NCBI RefSeq assembly: GCF_009914755.1
Contig: NC_060928.1
DNA: 64,000 nucleotides
Source: the human T2T-CHM13v2.0 reference genome, Homo sapiens
Reading direction: 5' to 3' (one strand)
In this document: positions 57,986-64,000 of the stretch, piece after piece
Numbering within the stretch: position 1 is the stretch's first letter
Layout of the letters: each line of letters starts with the position of its first letter
Position numbers and translations under genes: made by a program
Notes under the pieces: generated by a model
Seen by the model: only the letters and a program-made list of their open reading frames with translations
What the model was told of the DNA's origin: nothing
The model's database searches: none

Positions 57986-59233
57986 TTAATTATTTACATG
58001 TGAAGAAACAGAGTAGTATGGCCAAATCATTCAAACTTTTAGACTCCTAGGAGAATAGGAACAAATTATCTGCCTGCAATAATTCTTTTTTTTAAAGAGC
58101 CATGAGATAACTAGAGAGGTTTCGCTCTGCCAGTTTCTACAACTTTTTTAACCAAGAAGGTTAAGAAAGAGATAAAAACGGTTTGGGGCCACTGGAGATT
58201 AAAGCTCAATAATAAGATTTAAAGGCCTTGTGAACTGAAACTGAGATATCTCATCCTTTGCAATTCAAAGTTTGCCTTCTAGAGAGCCTAGGGAATTTAT
58301 AAAAACAGAGTAAAATAAATTCAAAAGTTATGTCAATAAGCAGAAAATGAAGAGAAGAATAAAAGTTATCTGAGTACTAATTTTATCAGAAAAAAAGTGA
58401 CTATATAGGAAATAGAAACAGTAATAGGTCATTGACACAATAAATACGTATGATATCTTTTTACCTCCCAAATTTCCTTTTTTTTAAAAAAATTCTATAC
58501 TACTGTACTAAAATTATTTTAATTATTTTGCATAACATATATAGAAAAATAGATGCTGTCTTAATAACTGAATGAGGTTTTTTTTTAAAATGAGTTTGCT
58601 TTAAACTTCTTTTTCTAGTTTTATATAAAATATAAGAATTTATTTAATGGATCTTATTACCTAATAAATTAGCGTAATACTCATATCAGTAAATACTTAT
58701 TTGTATAACATTAGTTAACATGTAGGAGAAAACATGGCTCTAAAGGAAGAGGGCTTGAGATTTTGAAGCAGATTAGAAGACAGAAAAGTCTAGAGGTTGA
58801 ATAATATTGGAGTCAAGAAGTTATGCTGTGATGCAGGTAGATATTACAAAAATGGGTATCTGACCCACTGACAGAAAGAGAGAGGTGCCAAAGATCAAGT
58901 TAATATAAAGCAATTACTTAACTTCCATATTAGCAGCAAATTAGTAATCTCAAGCCTCCATCATTAATACTAATTTCAATAATAAACACTATACTGTGTT
59001 CTTGAGCACACTAAAAAAGTAGAGAGTAATAACTGGGATGATAAAAGGAAGATAATATTTCATAGAACTCTGCCACCTCAGAGGTGGTTAATATTTTCCA
59101 TGATGGTTTTAACAAACTGTGTGGATAAGATTTGTGTTTCTCTCATTCTTCTCAAATAAGGAAGCCATATACAAAATTTCTATCATTCAAAAGATTGTAT
59201 GTCAAATATAGCACCGGAAACATCTTTATTTGA

Positions 59234-59620
<387 letters not shown>

Positions 59621-60449
59621 GAGATGATGTTTTGATAGCAAGACAAAAAAACTTGAATTAGGTAAACTATTTTCTCAATCTAGTGTGGTCTGGCTTTATA
59701 ACAATATATCAGTGAATTCTCTCTGTTAACAGAATTTGGTTTGCTGATGACACAGATGTGTGATATAACATTAACAAAGACATTTGGGAATTATTCTTGT
59801 TTTTAGTAATTTTGTAAGTTGATAGTGAGCGCTGAAAGCTGTGGTCTGCACTTTGATATAATATTTTGCCATTCTATCTAGGAATAAACTCAGTCTTTTC
59901 TGACTGCGTTAGCACTGGTATGTTCATTTAAATTTAAGATGTTCTCAAATCAAACAAGCATCTAAACAGCAGTAAAATCCAACCATAAAAAGTGAATTCC
60001 CTGACTGACAAAACCAAAGCAACTGTGACATCTGAAGGGAACACATGTCCTTAGATCATTGATGACTTTCACTTCAAAATGCTGATTTTTCAGTGTCACG
60101 ATAAGTCTATCTAAAATAAAATATTACCCAAAGGATGTTTCCATAGTTTTATTCTCTATGTTATATTAGTTTCCTTCCTTTTTTCTTTTAATAAAATGGA
60201 TCATCAAAGGACTAACTCAGAGAGAAATAAGAAGAAAAGCACTTGAATCTAATATTTCCATGGGTTTTAAAAACAGGCTTAGACTTTGATCATTTCTCAT
60301 TAGATCAAAGAGTATTTGGTACCCTTTGAATGGAAATGTATTGTAGTACATATCAAATTTAATTCACAAGTTCATTACAGTAAAATGAAAGAAAAAAATC
60401 CACTTTTACTGTGGAATAAATGCATTTATATAAAAGAAGCACAGATCTC

Positions 60450-60482
<33 letters not shown>

Positions 60483-61157
60483 TACATATTCCAATTTAAA
60501 AGTCTTTAATCACTGCTTTTGGGTAAACAAACATCATACATTATGAGAAATTAGAAAATGAAATATACAGTAGAATTTAACACTAAGTAAACGTGATAGT
60601 AGTCATTCTTCTATGGCAATGTAGGTACATTCACATTTTAGTTGATTTACCATGGAGGTCTGTGTTATTTAATTTAGTGTCTAATTATTTCTCATAATGT
60701 AATGAATGCTGTGAAGTGTCCATACATGGGTACAACTTGAATTTTTAGCTCACAATGTGAAGCAGCATGTATGTTATTTCTCTCCTGTGTCTAGGATGCG
60801 TGTATAACAACAAAATATTCAGGTTCAGTAGTGAAACAAGAAATCGGGATTCTTTATTTATACAATTCCATACACCCATTTCATTAGAAACACATGGATA
60901 TTTGTGGCCATATTTAAATCCTCCTTTAAGCTATTGATGGAGAGCCGTTTAGATATAGTATAGCAGTTTAGATGTAGTTTATCTATACCATCTCTTATTG
61001 ATAATCTATTGGCCATCGGGTTGCCAGTGATGGTTTACCTTAGGTATTTTGCTTTAGTAAATAATATTCACTAATAAATATATTTATTGGGATTTTTTTT
61101 GTCCCAGTGCATTAGAATTTTGCTTTATGGCCTTTTTAGGGATCCTCCTAGTAGACT

Positions 61158-61298
61158 CTGTGTGTGTGTGTGTGTGTGTTTGTGTGTGTGTGTTATACAG
61201 TATATATAGTAAAGTATACATATATAACATAATATATATAATATTTTGTGTATATATACACACACACATGTGTGTGTGTATGTAGATATACATATATA

Positions 61299-61334
<36 letters not shown>

Positions 61335-61335
61335 G
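61158..61335. repeat. Compound (TG)n/(TA)n/(CA)n microsatellite containing a perfect 26-bp palindrome
   Basis: atacacacacaca|tgtgtgtgtgtat at 61256-61281. Confidence 0.92.
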
Positions 61336-62057
61336 TATGTGTATGGCCAAGTGCTACAAGTGCCACTAAAGACCCATAGTTGATTTTTTTCCCTTTGTCT
61401 GTTTAGACATTGGTAATTTAGAATGGCTTTAACACTAATTGAAAAGAGACAATAATGTCATCTATTGCTTTGTTGATTTAATTTATTTAAAGGTAACTTC
61501 GATGTTTATTATTGTTGTGACATTTAACTTGATTTGTATTACTGTCTTTAAAACTTTTAGAGAAATTTAAACATTCTTCTTCTTTCTTCTAATCCATTTT
61601 TATTCATATCTAGGTATTATTTTTCTGTGGGGTGATCTTTTAGTATATTACTATCATTATGTTTTAACCCTACAATTTACTAACAGAAGATGATGAACTG
61701 TATGTGGCCTCATTGCTTCTATTAACATGATTAAGTTAATATTTCTGCCTGCCTTACATTTTCTACTACACTAAGAGAAATAGAAACACACATAAACAGA
61801 TAATATGTATTTTATAGACAGTTGTCAAAAATATTGGAAACAATTAGAAATAAAACAATGATCAAGAACAAACCTATGATCCAAAACTCAAAAAAGCGTT
61901 GGAACAAATGTAGAGAAATTGGAAGACCCCTTACATGTTGTTTTGCAGCATGTGAAATGGTGTGACTACTCTGAAAAACAGTTTGGCAATTCCTTAAAAT
62001 GTTAAACACAGAGTTACCATATGACCTAGCTATTTTACTCTTAAAGGAATACCTAAG

Positions 62058-62420
62058 ATTGAGTAATTGATAAAGAAAAGAGATTTATTTTGGCTCATTG
62101 TTCTGCAGACTGTATAAGCATGAGAGCAGCTTTGGCTTGGCTTCAGTTGAGGGCCGCAGGAAGCTTATAATCATGGCAGAAAGGGAAAGAGGAGCAGGCA
62201 CATCACATGCCAATAGACTGAGCAAGAAGTGGACAGGAGGAGGTGCCAGGCTCCTTTAAACAATCAACTTTCAAGTAGACTAACAGAGCAAGAGCTCACT
62301 CATCACCAAGGAGATGGTGCTAAGCCACTCGTGAAGGATCCGCCCCCATGATCTGACACCTGTCACCAGGCCCCAACTCCAACATTGAGATTTGCAGTAA
62401 ACAAACATCCAAACCATATC
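62058..62420 (-). mobile_element. MST (MSTB-like) LTR
   Basis: 'aagaaaagagatttattttggctca..aggaagctta..atcatggcaga..aaacatccaaaccatatc'. Confidence 0.85.
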
Positions 62421-62806
62421 GTACATGAATGTTCACAGAATTATTCACAATACCAAAACTGGAAGAAACCCAAATGTCCATCAATTGTTGAATAATTAAA
62501 CAAAATGCAGTGTCTCTATGCCATGTAAGATTGTCAATTATAAGAAAGAAGTGCTAATACATGCTACAACATGAATAAACCTAAAAATATTATAAATTAA
62601 GGGTGTCACAAAGGAGCACCTATTTTATGAGTTCATTTATGTGAATAGTCTAAAATAGGCAAATCTATAGACAGCAAGTATATTCATGCTTGGCTAAGGC
62701 TGGGAGATAAGGATGTGGAAGGTATTTGGGAGTGAATGCTAAAGTCTATGAGGTTTCTTTTTGAGGTGGTGAAAATGTTCTAATATTAGACTATGTAGTT
62801 ACACAA

Positions 62807-63205
62807 TATTTTGTAGTCACCCTGTGGATGTCAGGATAAACCTCCCACCAAAAATCGGATTGTGTGTCAAGACTGATGATGCAACATGCACTAGGAATAT
62901 ATGGAAAACCTTACTACTCATATTATCGGACTTTCCAGAGAGAGCAGGGCTGGCACAAAGCAGTCCAGATCATAAAAAGTGAAAAGAGACAGGTGGCTTT
63001 GGCTTTTATTGTGGCTAGGAAGCAGGGCCAGCATGAAGGTTCTTGATCATGGGACAGGGTTTGCACGGTTGAACTATGAACAAGCTGAGGGAGAGAGAGT
63101 GAGGAATTTCTTATACCCAGATATGGGGCAAAAGAGGAAGGGAGAAAAGGAAAACAGTGATTAAAAGCTTAAGATATCTGAAATGGAGTCTTCCTCTTTA
63201 TTACA
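62807..63205 (-). mobile_element. Solo LTR (LTR47-like, ERVL)
   Basis: Minus strand starts tgtaataaagaggaagactccattt; perfect 5-bp TSD CACAA at 62802-62806 and 63206-63210. Confidence 0.75.
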
Positions 63206-63304
63206 CACAACCCAGTAAACATAATAAAAACCGTTGAATTATACATTTTAAATGGGTACCTTTTATAAATATGCATGTTATGGCTGATTAAAGCTATTTA
63301 AATG

Positions 63305-63950
63305 AAAACCTGACAAATGGAAAATGTTGGTTACAATGTGGCGCAAACAGAAATATCATATATTACTGATAGGAATATTTAATGGTAAAACCACTTTGGA
63401 AAATGTTTTTGACATTTACTTTAACTATCAGTTACCAGTTTAGCAAGCAATGCTACTTTTAGATATTTTAATCTATGAAGAATAATTACTGTTTTCTATC
63501 AAAAGCTCTTGCAAGACTGTTAATAGAAGTTTTATACATAATAAACAAAAAGTTCAAATAACCCATCCACAGAAGAATACATACCTAAGTTGTGGTATGT
63601 GGGTGCAATGGAATGCCACTTGGCCGTAAAATGGAACAGAATACTGCTACCTACAACAGTGAAACAATCTCATAGGTATTATGCTGCTTTAAAGGAGCTA
63701 GACACAAAAGAGTTGTAAGATTAAATTTCTATTACATTCTCAAACTGGCAAAACTAATCCATAGTGAAAAAAAAAAAGTGGTTGCCTCTTTTATAGGGAT
63801 GGGCCCATTAGGGCCATAAGAGAAGTGTTCTGGGTTAAGAAAAATGTTCTATAGCTTGCTAGGTCTTTGGGTTAAATCAGTGTATTTATTTGTCAAAATT
63901 ATATGGCTTAGATATGTGAAATTTAATGTACATCGCTTTTACCTCAAAAG
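63305..63950 (+). mobile_element. L1MC/L1MD-type 3' fragment
   Basis: 'aatggtaaaaccactttggaaaa', 'ggcaaaactaatccatagtga', 'gtatttatttgtcaaaa'. Confidence 0.7.
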
Positions 63951-64000
63951 AGACTATGAAATCCTAGTAATGAAGTTGGGGAACTTGGAGTTGGAGTAGA

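Larger units (their letters stand above)
61895..63300 (+). mobile_element. L1MB-type 3' region split by two LTR insertions
   Basis: 'cagtttggcaattcctt..gagttaccatatgacc'; resumes at 62421 and again at 63206 ('ttgaattatacattttaaatggg'). Confidence 0.8.

Overview
AT-rich, repeat-dense mammalian genomic DNA, almost certainly human because it carries an Alu with the AluYb8/Yb9-diagnostic 7-nt duplication. I find no credible protein-coding gene, RNA gene or CRISPR array; every recognisable ORF is a decayed L1/L2/LTR fragment or a microsatellite artefact. Content: a full-length dead primate L1 (minus, ~7.14-13.59 kb), seven Alus, a complete THE1 MaLR element, many solo LTRs, old L1M/L2/MER5 pieces and long TA-rich tracts. 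Two structures are not explained by ordinary repeat annotation. (1) Short pieces of nearby unique DNA are repeatedly copied into or next to TA-rich/fold-back tracts: a 273-bp ~97% inverted repeat, a perfect 124-bp inverted repeat, a 21-nt copy from 2.8 kb away, and a 57-bp copy fused to a perfect hairpin. In each case the apparent donor lies to the right. (2) An ERVK LTR plus primer-binding site continues into an inverted copy of its own U3 end, and the whole unit is flanked by one 6-bp TSD, as expected for an integrated, folded-back plus-strand strong-stop DNA. Subfamily names come from recalled consensus sequences, not from a database search.
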